From a virus (Duplodnaviria; Caudoviricetes): a stretch of DNA of 59,778 nt. Where the stretch lies: the IMG/VR virus record IMGVR_UViG_3300044624_002493, positions 1 to 59,778 of that record. One strand, given 5' to 3'. Positions within the stretch are counted from its first letter, which is position 1; each line of letters begins with the position of its first letter. The notes under the pieces are model-generated. The model worked only from the letters and a program-made list of their open reading frames with translations, was not told the origin of the DNA and did no database searches. A program made the translations under genes and the position numbers. Below, piece by piece: positions 18,081-28,726 of this stretch.

Positions 18081-20483
18081 TTATCCTAATATTGTGCGTT
18101 TTGGGAATACGAGATATTTATCGTATTCTGTGGTGTTGGTGTACATGTCAACAGGATCAATAAACATCATGCTGTTGCCATCAAATGTGGTTGGGGTACT
18201 AAATTCACTGCTGTACCAGGCAACTACACTGGTAGAACTGTTAATCCATTGAACTGTTTGATTCGATGCATTGGTCCAACTGGACGGAATGATAAGATTA
18301 ACGTCAAAAGTGGTGTAACTAGGTGGTGATGGCACCCATTCGTCGGTTGCTGGATTCCAATTTTTACTTAACAATCGATCTAATTCATAACGGTCTACTT
18401 CAAAATCTATTAGATTTAGGGTGTTGCCAATTGCTGACGTGATATTATATGCCAGCTGTGCGCCCTTTCCAGGCTTGGCATAGGCTATGACCCAGCTGGG
18501 AGTAAATCCCAGCACACGTCCATTGGCTTGTTTGCTCAGCATCCATGTTGGTAAAATATTTCCAATTTGCCCCACTGTGTCAATGACTTGGTCACGCATG
18601 TTAATTAAACTATTTGGGTAAACCACACTAACTTCAGTGCTGTCAGCTTCGTTGATTGGATATGGCAGGGTAACTTGTTTACTCACGCTTTGCCCGGCAT
18701 CATTTAGTAAATTATCAATAACTCGACTGTAAACTACCTCATAAATTACTTCGCCGGCAGCATTGGTAGCCTGAGCCACTTCTATTTCGCCCAATGTTAA
18801 ATTTTTCCAGTAATGATTTTCATACAAACTGCTGTAGTATTCTTCCAAGGTACTGCTAGTAAGTCCAAAGGCATGATTATAAATCACACGTGTTGACACG
18901 CCAAAATTTGGATCAGTGGGTCGATACAAAAGACTTTGTGGAAATATACTGGCATTTTGCAACAAGCCGTTGATTAGTGCTCGATCATCAGCTGGTGGCA
19001 TGGCCTGAATATAAAGATTTTCGTATGGCTCGTTGTACAAACGCACCACAGTAATGTAAAATTGTTTGGTAACATTGACAATATTGTTGATACTGGTAAC
19101 TTGCACAGTGAAATAAAATCTTAAATCAAAGGTAGTAGGTGTATCAATACCGTTCTGTGGTGACACATCAAACGTGGTAGTTCCTGTGTCCAAGGTAAAT
19201 GTGTCAAAACTACAACGCCCGGCAATGTCTCCAGATGGTAACAATTGCAACCCTTGTGGCAAGCTACTGGCACTGCCTGATAACAATTGATATTGCAATT
19301 CTAATCCGCTTACACTAATTGCTTTGACATACAGTGTGCTAGTTGAGCCATTGACAATGGTTCCAAGATTAGTTGGAGTCACCCACTGAATTTCACTGTT
19401 GATAGGACCGGTCACTGTTAGGCTGTAATCATACGGATTACTGATATACGTTGGATTGTCTAGTTTATAAACTTGTATGCTGAAATTGTAAATAGTTTCA
19501 GTGAGTCCTAGATTGGGAATGTATCCATAGTACCAACCAGTAACTGGATCTAATGTTAATCCCGGCACACCCGAACTGTCATCACCGTTTAAAACAAAAC
19601 GATATTGATCACCATCCAAGTCCATGCCAATAAACTGGAAGGCAAAGAAGTTGTCGCTTCTAGTAACTCCAATACTGCCTTCGGGGGTAGTGATAATAGG
19701 AATTCTAACCGGTGTGCCATCTGCAGTGATAAATGTGTTGTCGGCAGTTATTGTGGTATTGTCTGCTGTGAGACTGTTGCGACTGTAAACTGCAATGTTA
19801 AAAGTTCGTACGTTGGCCGTTTTGCCGTCAGTAACTTCTAACATAAATTCGTAAGTGGCATTGCCAGCCAAGGTAGTAAAGTCAAACGGAAATTGATCGT
19901 AACCTTGATCGGTACGACTAAAGCCTGCTGGCTCGCCAATGGCAGTGTAGGGATCAGTAAATCCAGAAATTAACCCAGTACGACTGATGGTCAATCCCGG
20001 TGGTAAACTGCCTGAAATCAAACGCACAAATACAATGTCGTCCGGATCAGTGTCAGTGTAACCAATTTGTAATCCTGCGACAACACTACCGTCGTAGTAT
20101 GATGCTATGTTACCAGCTGGGGTTGTGAACACTGGAGCATCTTGACCGGTGACTGTTAATGTAAATGTTCTGTCAGCCAAACGATTGACCACAGTTTTGC
20201 CAGCAATGGTGATCGTGGTATAAGCTCTGACAGCAAACTTGCTGGTAACATCTCGGCTGACTTCTTTGGGCACTCCTTGCACATTGGCAATTGCCCTGGG
20301 TATTCCGGCTAGTAATCCATTGGTTGAAATTTGTACGCCAGCTGGTAATTGCCCGGCAATTATTTCAAAATATACTGTTTCCTCGGTATCGGGCTCATAG
20401 GCCTGCAACGGTACCTGATAAAATACACCTTCGGCAATGGTGCCTAAGCTACCTGCAGCAGTTATCCAGATGGGTTGCGCCAT
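18081..20483 (-). CDS. Virion protein with putative Ig-like (He_PIG-type) repeats
   Basis: Repeated WxTxxGxLG, GxLPxGL...GxISG motifs; upstream TAAATA. Confidence 0.7.
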   Translation of the reverse strand: MAQPIWITAAGSLGTIAEGVFYQVPLQAYEPDTEETVYFEIIAGQLPAGVQISTNGLLAGIPRAIANVQGVPKEVSRDVTSKFAVRAYTTITIAGKTVVNRLADRTFTLTVTGQDAPVFTTPAGNIASYYDGSVVAGLQIGYTDTDPDDIVFVRLISGSLPPGLTISRTGLISGFTDPYTAIGEPAGFSRTDQGYDQFPFDFTTLAGNATYEFMLEVTDGKTANVRTFNIAVYSRNSLTADNTTITADNTFITADGTPVRIPIITTPEGSIGVTRSDNFFAFQFIGMDLDGDQYRFVLNGDDSSGVPGLTLDPVTGWYYGYIPNLGLTETIYNFSIQVYKLDNPTYISNPYDYSLTVTGPINSEIQWVTPTNLGTIVNGSTSTLYVKAISVSGLELQYQLLSGSASSLPQGLQLLPSGDIAGRCSFDTFTLDTGTTTFDVSPQNGIDTPTTFDLRFYFTVQVTSINNIVNVTKQFYITVVRLYNEPYENLYIQAMPPADDRALINGLLQNASIFPQSLLYRPTDPNFGVSTRVIYNHAFGLTSSTLEEYYSSLYENHYWKNLTLGEIEVAQATNAAGEVIYEVVYSRVIDNLLNDAGQSVSKQVTLPYPINEADSTEVSVVYPNSLINMRDQVIDTVGQIGNILPTWMLSKQANGRVLGFTPSWVIAYAKPGKGAQLAYNITSAIGNTLNLIDFEVDRYELDRLLSKNWNPATDEWVPSPPSYTTFDVNLIIPSSWTNASNQTVQWINSSTSVVAWYSSEFSTPTTFDGNSMMFIDPVDMYTNTTEYDKYLVFPKRTILG

Positions 20484-20541
20484 AAAATTCTGTCCTTATA
20501 CCATATTTAGTAGAAATTAAGCAAGTAACTTATTGCCAATT

Positions 20542-22215
20542 TTATCTACGTATTTGTGGTCTAGGCCAAACAGCGCCGCTAGTGGGCCTTATAAAGAAGT
20601 TACTAACCGGAAATGTGTTGCCATCGTCTGGGCGCAGTTTTTTAGCAAAAAGATACTGATTTGGAGCACCACGCAGGGCAGTAGGATCACGTTGCTCACC
20701 GCCGGTATCGGTTATCTGGCTTTTGGTTGAATAATAATCAATCCATTGTTTGGCCTGTGTTGCGGTTAGATTTAGATTGCTCTGCATCAGGCAGGCCAAC
20801 ATGCCACAAACCTGCGGACTGGACATGCTGGTTCCACTGAGTTTGGTAATCCAGTAGCTGGGATTCACAGGGTCCGGTATACCGCCAAAACTGCCGGGGC
20901 TGTTGACACTGCTCATGATATCAGAACCGGGAGCAAAAACATCTATGCCAGGTCCATTGTTGCTGAAACTAGACTTGTATTCCTGACTGGCTGTGCCAAC
21001 GGAACCAACACAGATAACTCCGGGCACCGATCCAGGAGTGGTACCTTTGCTGATGTCCCAGTAGTAATTTGTACCACCGTATGTGGCGTTGATGCGATTG
21101 CCAACGAGTCCATCATAGTTGGGATCCGTGGGCAACAAGATCACAGTATTGAGATTTCCTGCTGCACCCACTACCACTATGCCATCATCGAGAGCATCCT
21201 GTACATCAGCTTCAATGGCTGGATTGTAGTAATTGGTTGTGGCCACACCTCCTACAGCATAGATGCTTCGATCCAACAAGGTATCGTTGCTCAAGCCTGA
21301 GGAATTGATACTGGTTACTCCTCCCCAACGAGCCAAGGTCACTGGACCAAACGCTGGCACTGTGGCGGTATTTGGCCATCTGACAAACTGCCCATAGCTA
21401 CAATTACAAATAGTAGGGTTGCGCTGATTGATGGCAGGATTTATGGGCTTGGTGGCATGAAAAGCTCTGACGTAGTCCCATAACAAGAAAAAATCCATGC
21501 TGTTGGGATCCGTGCCATAGGGATTGATATTGTAGATATTGGAACTGCGAGCCCAACCATAATTTGAACCGCAGGCAATACCGGCCACGTTACAACCATG
21601 ATTGTTGTCAGTAGTTCTTTGAGCATTTCCGGGGTCTACAACGGGGGTATACACATATGGACTTTGAGCCGGTCGCCCCAGATAACTGTTGAGACTGAAC
21701 CAATTGAATTGATTGACACGAGTACCCCCTGTGCCGTCAGAATTTACCGCAAATTCTGGGTGCGTAGGGTCCATGAATCCATCGATGATGACCACATCAA
21801 CGTTAAGTCCTGCGGCATTGTATTGCGCTGTTCCAGTTTGATCTGGCGTACCGTCGGTGCCCCAGCCAGGAATTTGCACGCCGTCTACGCAACGCAACAC
21901 TCCCCAATTTAGATCGTTGGTGTTATCTGTGGATGTTTTGCTAAAGGTTCCGGTCTGTTCCCAAACAGGTTCTACCCCATATCGTCCTATATCGCCCATG
22001 GTAACAGCGGCCACTCTAGGATCATTTTGCAAAGCCTCGGCTTCGGCAGCAGTCAACCAATAGTGAGTGTTACGGCTTATGGGTCTGCGATTTGCACATT
22101 CTACAGCACGATCGGGAATGCAGTCTGTGCCACCAGGAGTTTCCATGTCGTCATAAAAACAGTCACAGTCCTGACCTTTTTTCAGTGTGACTACGTATTC
22201 GTTGATATCACTCAT
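20542..22215 (-). CDS. Subtilisin-like S8 serine peptidase with N-terminal prodomain
   Basis: Triad motifs VVIIDG, HGCNVAGIA, SGTSMSSPQV; oxyanion AAGN; DVFAPG. Confidence 0.9.
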   Translation of the reverse strand: MSDINEYVVTLKKGQDCDCFYDDMETPGGTDCIPDRAVECANRRPISRNTHYWLTAAEAEALQNDPRVAAVTMGDIGRYGVEPVWEQTGTFSKTSTDNTNDLNWGVLRCVDGVQIPGWGTDGTPDQTGTAQYNAAGLNVDVVIIDGFMDPTHPEFAVNSDGTGGTRVNQFNWFSLNSYLGRPAQSPYVYTPVVDPGNAQRTTDNNHGCNVAGIACGSNYGWARSSNIYNINPYGTDPNSMDFFLLWDYVRAFHATKPINPAINQRNPTICNCSYGQFVRWPNTATVPAFGPVTLARWGGVTSINSSGLSNDTLLDRSIYAVGGVATTNYYNPAIEADVQDALDDGIVVVGAAGNLNTVILLPTDPNYDGLVGNRINATYGGTNYYWDISKGTTPGSVPGVICVGSVGTASQEYKSSFSNNGPGIDVFAPGSDIMSSVNSPGSFGGIPDPVNPSYWITKLSGTSMSSPQVCGMLACLMQSNLNLTATQAKQWIDYYSTKSQITDTGGEQRDPTALRGAPNQYLFAKKLRPDDGNTFPVSNFFIRPTSGAVWPRPQIRR

Positions 22216-22216
22216 G

Positions 22217-24751
22217 TTATAGTTCAGTTTGCAGTATGGTCAATTCAACCGTGATAGCCACAGTGTTTCCACTGTTGTTGGTAATGGCCACTGGAATATT
22301 AGTGTTGGGCGGTGTTTCATCGTTGTAACAAACCACGCCTGGGCTCATCAATATGGTTTGATTACCTGTGGTAATTACTTCAGCTAGTACACCAGCACCC
22401 GGGTTTGGATCATTGCCTTGAGTACGACTTGCGTCGGCAGTTCTTGCTGCATCACTGGTATAAATTCTAACCCAAGCAGAATCTGTGGTGGATATTTTGT
22501 ATAAATTATATCCTTTGTATCCAATAATTGTTGCGTTAGCGGTAGCTGCATTGCCTAAACTACCAGTACTTACATTAGCTGTAGTTCTGCTAGTTGCGCC
22601 AACACCAGTGGCTCCAGTTGGGCCAGTGGCTCCAGTTGGTCCGCCACTAGGACCAGTCGCACCAGTGAATCCAGTTGAGCCAACACCACCTGCTCCTGTT
22701 GCGCCGGTTGGGCCGGTAGGGCCAGTTGCGCCAACACCGCCAGGACCGGTTGCTCCGGTTGCTCCTATAGGACCGCCACTTGGACCAGTTGCTCCCTGTG
22801 GGCCAGTTGCTCCAGTTGTGCCTGCGCCAGTTGCGCCTGTGGTACCTGTTCCAGTTGCTCCTGTGATACCAGTTGCTCCCTGTGGGCCAGTTGCTCCAGT
22901 TGTGCCTGCGCCAGTTGCGCCTGTGGTACCTGTTCCAGTTGCTCCTGTGATACCAGTTGCTCCCTGTGGGCCAGTTGCTCCCTGTGGGCCAGTTGCTCCA
23001 ATACCACCACTACCACCGGATATACCGGTTAAGAAAGCACCGTTACCTACAAAGTAATTTCCAGTAACATTACCAATGGCAGAAACATTTTGAGCAAAAG
23101 AAATATTGCTGGTAAAGTTAATGTTTCCAGCTACGTTTGGACTATTGTAAAAAGTAACATTGTTTGAATAAAGATTAAAACTAAATCCAGGACCACTACC
23201 TATGGTCACATAGCTACTGGTTATGTCAATATCAGATGATCCACCACCGGCTAGATATATTCCATTTGACTGATTTAGTATGTTTAATTTTTGACCACTT
23301 TGACCAGAGATGTAACTGCCAACTTGAACTCCGGGTACTGTGGTACTGCTAGAATTTAAATTAACTGCACCAGTGACTGATAAATTTGCAGTGGATATAT
23401 TAGCAGTATTACTGATGCTGTAACCTTGACCATTGATGTTACCAGTCATGTCTCCGTTTAGTACACCAGTGCCAGTTGCACCTTGCAGGCCAGTTGCTCC
23501 TACAGGACCGCCACTTGGTCCAGTTGCACCGGTAGGGCCAGTTGCGCCTACGCCAGTTGCGCCTGCGGTGCCAGTAGCACCAGTGAGACCAGTTGCTCCT
23601 GTAATACCAGTTGCACCGGCAGGGCCAGTTGCGCCTACGCCAGTTGCTCCAGTTGTACCTGCGCCAGTTGCGCCTGCGGTGCCAGTAGCACCAGTGAGAC
23701 CAGTAGTACCAGTAAGTCCAGTTGCACCATTAGCACCATTGGCGCCATTGACCCCGGATACTCCGTCAAGTCCAGCTGGCCCAGTTGCACCAGTTAATCC
23801 TGTAGATCCATTAGTACCTGCTGTGCCAGTTGCACCAGTTAACCCTGTTGTGCCTGTTGCACCTTGAAGGCCGGTTGTGCCAGTGGCGCCAGTAAGACCT
23901 GTTGCTCCAGTGGCACCTGCGCCTCCTGCAACAACCACGCCAGTTAAAAATGCACCATTGCCTAAGAAGTAATCGCCAGATACATTTCCAGTGGTAGTAA
24001 TATCACCAGCAATAGCAGTATTGGCTGTGACCACTTCTTGTCCATCAACCTGAAGTCCGCCAGTAGAACCTTCATTGATAACCACGTTGCCAAGATAAAT
24101 TGAACTGTTGCTGAGGTACAGATCTTTCCAGAAATTATCCACGTTACCTAGACTGTAGATAGCGTTTCCGTAAGGAATAAGATTGGCCACAATGCCACCT
24201 TCGGCATAGGCAACAACATTGGCATTGCTATAAGCAGCCGGAATTCCAGCCATGGTAGATGCATTACCAAAGAAATAAGCACCTGTGATGTTGCCACTGG
24301 AATTAACTATTCCGGTAGTTATTAAATTTCCTGCGTTTACATTCCCGGTGGCAGAAACCGATCCGCTTACACGTATACCTTGATCTGTGAAAGTGGCTAC
24401 GTTGGCAGTGCCAGCCACAGTGACCAGCACATTACCGCCCGACGATGGGATAGTTACATTTGTTGTGCCAAAGTTGATACTAGGAGTAGTGATGTTGGCA
24501 ATTTGAGTAACCTGGGCCCAGATCACACTGCTTCCGTCATAGTTAGCAAAACAATAGTAAAAATAGGTACTGTCAAAGGCATACATGCCGGCCACGTCAC
24601 CAATGCTGCCTACCAAAGTCGGTGGCGGTGATGATTGTGCTCGTGCGTATAATTCGCTAAAATTGCTGTTAGTTTTTTGAAAACTAGTGCGTATAGGATC
24701 GCCTTGCCCGTCGTTGGGTGAAGTGCCTACGTTGATTATTTGTTGTGCCAT
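22217..24751 (-). CDS. Collagen-like tail fiber protein
   Basis: N-terminal [22 protein letters not shown] anchor motif; two long G-X-Y tracts. Confidence 0.82.
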   Translation of the reverse strand: MAQQIINVGTSPNDGQGDPIRTSFQKTNSNFSELYARAQSSPPPTLVGSIGDVAGMYAFDSTYFYYCFANYDGSSVIWAQVTQIANITTPSINFGTTNVTIPSSGGNVLVTVAGTANVATFTDQGIRVSGSVSATGNVNAGNLITTGIVNSSGNITGAYFFGNASTMAGIPAAYSNANVVAYAEGGIVANLIPYGNAIYSLGNVDNFWKDLYLSNSSIYLGNVVINEGSTGGLQVDGQEVVTANTAIAGDITTTGNVSGDYFLGNGAFLTGVVVAGGAGATGATGLTGATGTTGLQGATGTTGLTGATGTAGTNGSTGLTGATGPAGLDGVSGVNGANGANGATGLTGTTGLTGATGTAGATGAGTTGATGVGATGPAGATGITGATGLTGATGTAGATGVGATGPTGATGPSGGPVGATGLQGATGTGVLNGDMTGNINGQGYSISNTANISTANLSVTGAVNLNSSSTTVPGVQVGSYISGQSGQKLNILNQSNGIYLAGGGSSDIDITSSYVTIGSGPGFSFNLYSNNVTFYNSPNVAGNINFTSNISFAQNVSAIGNVTGNYFVGNGAFLTGISGGSGGIGATGPQGATGPQGATGITGATGTGTTGATGAGTTGATGPQGATGITGATGTGTTGATGAGTTGATGPQGATGPSGGPIGATGATGPGGVGATGPTGPTGATGAGGVGSTGFTGATGPSGGPTGATGPTGATGVGATSRTTANVSTGSLGNAATANATIIGYKGYNLYKISTTDSAWVRIYTSDAARTADASRTQGNDPNPGAGVLAEVITTGNQTILMSPGVVCYNDETPPNTNIPVAITNNSGNTVAITVELTILQTEL
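22785..22970. repeat. 84-bp tandem duplication inside the collagen tract
   Basis: Identical units start at 22785 and 22869, with a partial unit at 22953. Confidence 0.75.
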
Positions 24752-24801
24752 AGATTAGAGTCCTCTGATGTGTATTTACCAGAAGATGTACTATGGCAGT
24801 T

Positions 24802-25557
24802 TTAGGTTCGTAACTCTGTTAATTCGTTTTTAATTTTGTGTGCCAAACGCAAGTGCATACCAGCACCATAATGCGTTAAATCTCTAGCTTTGCCGCCACT
24901 AATTTCTCCACGTCCACAAAATTCGGTTTCTGGATAGTAAAATAGTATAGGGATTTGATGTTGTGCGCAGATCTGTTGCATGGCCAATACGTTTTTTCTA
25001 CGATTTATATGAGAATTATCACAGTGATCTATCCAACAACTATAGAAGTCTTTCATAAAATCGCTCGTGGTCCAAGGTCCACAACTTTCGACTCTGGCAT
25101 CATTTAACACAACTTCGACACGATCAACGTGAGGGACCAGGACCACAACTGCTTCAACGTTAAGATGCTCAATCCAGTATTCTAACAGCCTAAAACAAGT
25201 GTCTAAACTGCCGCCGCCGACACCCAAATTCCACGCTTGTTTGCCTAGTTGTGCGGCCAACACTTCGGTCCAGATTTGATGCCGATGCAGTCCTACACCT
25301 TGTGTGTAGCTGCAACCCAAGGTCAATATTCTAGGACTTGAATCAAACTCATCGGTTCTAAATCCGTGATAGTTGAATTGATAGTCTATGTCTGAATATG
25401 GATACCAGCCAGCCCGTTCAAGACGAGCTCGTTGTTCTGGATCGTGGCAGTTGTTATCGTAGAGTAATTGTGTGTCAGTGCCAAGCCATTTGAGTGTTTT
25501 TCCACCGTGGCTTTGCCATCTATGATAGGGCGGTCTAGAGTCGTTCGCTACAGACAT
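24802..25557 (-). CDS. SGNH/GDSL-like hydrolase-fold protein
   Basis: YQFNYHGFR, LGCSYTQG, NLGVGGGS, ARDLTHYG. Confidence 0.6.
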   Translation of the reverse strand: MSVANDSRPPYHRWQSHGGKTLKWLGTDTQLLYDNNCHDPEQRARLERAGWYPYSDIDYQFNYHGFRTDEFDSSPRILTLGCSYTQGVGLHRHQIWTEVLAAQLGKQAWNLGVGGGSLDTCFRLLEYWIEHLNVEAVVVLVPHVDRVEVVLNDARVESCGPWTTSDFMKDFYSCWIDHCDNSHINRRKNVLAMQQICAQHQIPILFYYPETEFCGRGEISGGKARDLTHYGAGMHLRLAHKIKNELTELRT

Positions 25558-26089
25558 TCCAGTTGATAATTTTCCATATATTATCTAGGTACCGTTCTTT
25601 GTCCCATTGATAATCTAGAGCCCAGACATGTTCCCACCAGTCAACAAGCACACAGATATCTGTTCTAACTTGATGATTTGGGATGGTTTTAATCGTGCCC
25701 GATGTGCTAAGATATACCCAGCCCGATCCCTGGACGGCCATGGCCACCTTTTTAAATTCTGCTTTAAAGTCTTCATAGGTTTTGAAGTTGGTTTCGATTA
25801 GTTCTAGCACAGCACCTTTGGGACGATTGGCGCCTTTAGGTGCTTGTAATTGTGGGAAAAATTTGTTATGCAAAAACGATCCGGCACGGTTAAAATCTGC
25901 ATTGCCTTCGCCGGCGTTGTAGCGTCGGGCATAACCTTTGGCCAAATGCTCATAATGATAATCGATACTGGCCTTGCTCAGAACAGGATCCAGTGCTTTT
26001 TCGCTGTAGGGCAGGGGAGTAGTTTCCAGCTTGGCTGGACGAGTAGTTGCTTCAAGCAAGTCTAGATCTTGTCGTATATTAAAGTGCAT
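25535..26089 (-). CDS. sod: Fe/Mn superoxide dismutase
   Basis: LPYSEKALDP, HYEH, LHNKFF, QGSGW, DWWEHVW. Confidence 0.88.
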   Translation of the reverse strand: MHFNIRQDLDLLEATTRPAKLETTPLPYSEKALDPVLSKASIDYHYEHLAKGYARRYNAGEGNADFNRAGSFLHNKFFPQLQAPKGANRPKGAVLELIETNFKTYEDFKAEFKKVAMAVQGSGWVYLSTSGTIKTIPNHQVRTDICVLVDWWEHVWALDYQWDKERYLDNIWKIINWNVCSERL

Positions 26090-26097
26090 AAGAATAT

Positions 26098-26316
26098 TTA
26101 TCGGCGACGTGTAATACGACCACGACCAAGATCGTAAGGGCTAAATTCCATTTCCACAGTATCACCCATTAGCACTTTGATGTTATTTTGGCGCATACGA
26201 CCGCTGAGATTAGCAAGCACAGGTTTTTCAAAGTTTTCAATTTGAACTCTATACATGGTGTTGGGAAGCACTTCTGCTATAACACCTTCCATTTTGATCA
26301 CATCTTCTTTACCCAA
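26098..26316 (-). CDS. infA: Translation initiation factor IF-1
   Basis: KEDVIKMEG...LPNTMYRV...SGRMR...IKVLMGD.V..E.SPYDLGRGRIT.R; TTG start. Confidence 0.95.
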   Translation of the reverse strand: MGKEDVIKMEGVIAEVLPNTMYRVQIENFEKPVLANLSGRMRQNNIKVLMGDTVEMEFSPYDLGRGRITRRR

Positions 26317-26324
26317 TTGGCTAA

Positions 26325-26720
26325 TTATCTCCTCATCGTACTTATGTCTTTTGCTTCCTGATCGCTAAAAACGGGCACAGCATTTGACTTGTGCATAGTG
26401 CCAATACCTTTAATCTTGGTGCCGGTATATTCCTTATCTTGAACTTTAACACAGGTAATCCAACCGGTATCTACACTAGTAACCGGAGCAGTTTCACGTC
26501 CTGGTGGAGTTTTGGGCATGTAGTCAGAAATGGTTTTCTTGGGACTGTTGTAAGGTCCTGTGCTAAACTTAGGAGCCATAGCATCAAATTCAATCAGCTT
26601 GCGATCCCATTCGGCCTGGCGAGTCTGTGCTGTTCGCTTGGCTTCGGCACTGGCCCACTTTTTAGGGCCACGTGGTTTGCCAGTGGTTGAAAGCCAAGGT
26701 CCTTCAAGATGAAATGCCAT
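26325..26720 (-). CDS. Hypothetical phage protein
   Basis: C-terminal YTG...GIGTMHKSNAVPV motif; GAGG SD; promoter TTGACT-N17-TATAAT at 26753-26781. Confidence 0.75.
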   Translation of the reverse strand: MAFHLEGPWLSTTGKPRGPKKWASAEAKRTAQTRQAEWDRKLIEFDAMAPKFSTGPYNSPKKTISDYMPKTPPGRETAPVTSVDTGWITCVKVQDKEYTGTKIKGIGTMHKSNAVPVFSDQEAKDISTMRR

Positions 26721-26785
26721 TACGTAACCTCGCAGGTGTTATTCATACTACAATTATAACACCTTGCAAGTTTAGAGTCAACCTG

Positions 26786-27100
26786 TTACTTGAACAGGAT
26801 CATGGCCATGATCACAGCTTGTGCAATAAAGCCTAGGCCAATTGTGATAATGTTCAGCAGGTTGCGTAACACTACAGCTCTAAAAAACAGGAGCACTAGT
26901 CCAGCCCACATGAACATGACTATGTCCAGATTGGGTACATTATCACTGAGTCCGGTCATGAGTGCCAACAAGGTGGGAATGGTTGCTGAATGGATTAAGA
27001 TTACTGCCAACCACTCCAGGGTTTCAGCACTTACTTTGGGCAAGTGTTGTTCTAACCAGATTCTTGAACCACTCACTAATTTTTCTAAATTTTTGATCAT
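26786..27100 (-). CDS. Membrane protein (about 3 TM)
   Basis: Hydrophobic segments; ATGA-coupled to the cell wall hydrolase. Confidence 0.7.
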   Translation of the reverse strand: MIKNLEKLVSGSRIWLEQHLPKVSAETLEWLAVILIHSATIPTLLALMTGLSDNVPNLDIVMFMWAGLVLLFFRAVVLRNLLNIITIGLGFIAQAVIMAMILFK

Positions 27101-27648
27101 ATTTTTTCCGCATAAAAGATGTGCCTTCCAAATTTTGCTACCTGAGGTTTACCCCACCGCGGATTCACATAGTCCGCATGAAAGTAAAGTGCGTTTTTTA
27201 CGCTGGGCAGTCTGAAGCCTTCCAGCAGAACCTTTTTGGCCACTTCTTCACTCTCTTTCCAGTGTGCAGGATAAATGGGTCGGATCTTGCTACTGCCGTC
27301 GCAGAACCAGGAAAACTGACAGACCACCCGATCGTAAACCACATTCTTTTGATATACCACACCGCAGATGTCGGGAGCAAAACGTCCTGATTCTACGCGG
27401 TTGATGGTGACCTGTGCCACAGCCACCTTGCCTTCGAACGGCTCGGTTGCACTTTCCCAATAGATGTTACGGGTAAGACAATCCAACTGTCGGGCACGAT
27501 CTGCGGCACTGACAAATCCTTGTCGAGCTACTTCGTTAGTGGTTTTGAGTGTGTCCAATTTGACATTGGTCACATGCACCACGGCTGCTGTTACTGCTAC
27601 AAAACAAAATACTTTTACTGCTAAGTTGGATATTGAGATAAGTTTCAA
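27097..27648 (-). CDS. Cell wall hydrolase (SleB/CwlJ, Hydrolase_2)
   Basis: CLTRNIYWES..EP..GKVAVAQVT.NRV, ICGVVYQ, CQFSW, ALYFHADYV.P.W, GRHIFY; TTG start, AAGGAG SD. Confidence 0.9.
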   Translation of the reverse strand: MKLISISNLAVKVFCFVAVTAAVVHVTNVKLDTLKTTNEVARQGFVSAADRARQLDCLTRNIYWESATEPFEGKVAVAQVTINRVESGRFAPDICGVVYQKNVVYDRVVCQFSWFCDGSSKIRPIYPAHWKESEEVAKKVLLEGFRLPSVKNALYFHADYVNPRWGKPQVAKFGRHIFYAEKI

Positions 27649-27654
27649 TGTCTT

Positions 27655-27935
27655 CTCCTTTCGGTTATAGTGAACCGTTCACCGGAGTGCCCAGGATGGA
27701 CGCATAGACAAAGTCGCAGGACAGATAAAGACCTCGGGCCTCAGTGCCATACTCTCTAAGCGCGGTTTTGTTTCTCCCCGGGCTCATACCATTTGTCAAT
27801 GAAGAGGATTTCCGAAGTCCTCTTTTACTACTGCTTGCTTTACGGCACAAGCCAATCCGTTTTGAAGTAGATCTAGATTGTAATCCTCCGCTGTTCGAAC
27901 AAACGACAGCCCGGTTGTGTTTTCTACTCTCTAAA
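27655..27935 (-). ncRNA. Candidate structured leader RNA upstream of the cell wall hydrolase
   Basis: Long region with no credible gene; several hairpins including a cUUCGg-capped stem; promoters upstream. Confidence 0.5.
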
Positions 27936-28008
27936 ATACTTAGTTCCTGACGCAAATCAGGCCCAAATAACACCAAATTTTCATGCATTTTTACCATAAT
28001 ATACAGCT

Positions 28009-28037
28009 ATTATAACATGCAAATCGGTTCTTGTCAA
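28009..28037 (-). promoter_or_regulatory. Consensus sigma70-like promoter
   Basis: TTGACA-N17-TATAAT. Confidence 0.7.
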
Positions 28038-28726
28038 TCTAATACATTGTTCAAAATAAAATTGCTGAATTTTTTATGACCATTTTCAGACAGATGTCCG
28101 GTCACAGGATGACATTCTGGATCATTTTCTTTGGCCCACTGCATTACACAAAAATCGTGTAGTTTAAAAATATTTGGATTATTTGCCACCCACTTCACTT
28201 GTAGCAGAGATTCGATATAAGGAAAACAATGTATAGGGCAATCGGTATTTCTTGCTGCTGAGAAAAAAACATAATTTAAATTTTGAGATTCTAAAATGCG
28301 TGCAAACATATACAAGTTTGTATAGAAATCCATCAATTGTTTATGAACAAACAAATCCTCATTGATCAATGCCTTTTGTTCTAATGTTGCTTCACCGGCA
28401 TTGATTATTCGGTCAAGTGTTATAAATCTTGATATTGGAGAATCGGGTATTTGTTTTATTATTTTTTGTTCGTTTCCATAATACCAAACTTCCAATCTAC
28501 GGACAAAGCTCCATCCAATTATTATCAAGGGATTTTGAAATTCTGCTTTAATTGTATGTAAATGCTCAATGGAACTTCTCAGTATGCGTTGATTGCTACT
28601 GCCAGGAATAGCATAGTTTCTTACCGGAATATTAAAATGTTCTGATAAAAAATCCCCATATACTTTTTGGTTAGGCATGGGTGCAGAATAACTATCACCG
28701 TTGATCAAAATGCAATCATATTCCAT
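28034..28726 (-). CDS. SGNH/GDSL-like hydrolase-fold protein
   Basis: INGDSYS, NYAIPGSSN, IGWS, GHLSENGH. Confidence 0.6.
   Translation of the reverse strand: MEYDCILINGDSYSAPMPNQKVYGDFLSEHFNIPVRNYAIPGSSNQRILRSSIEHLHTIKAEFQNPLIIIGWSFVRRLEVWYYGNEQKIIKQIPDSPISRFITLDRIINAGEATLEQKALINEDLFVHKQLMDFYTNLYMFARILESQNLNYVFFSAARNTDCPIHCFPYIESLLQVKWVANNPNIFKLHDFCVMQWAKENDPECHPVTGHLSENGHKKFSNFILNNVLD

Noticed and set aside
27665-27997. 110-aa minus-strand ORF and 68-aa plus-strand ORF in the sleB leader
   Set aside because: No recognisable motif and atypical composition; RNA structure explains the region better. A leaderless ORF is not fully excluded, since its ATG lies about 11 nt after the -10 box.
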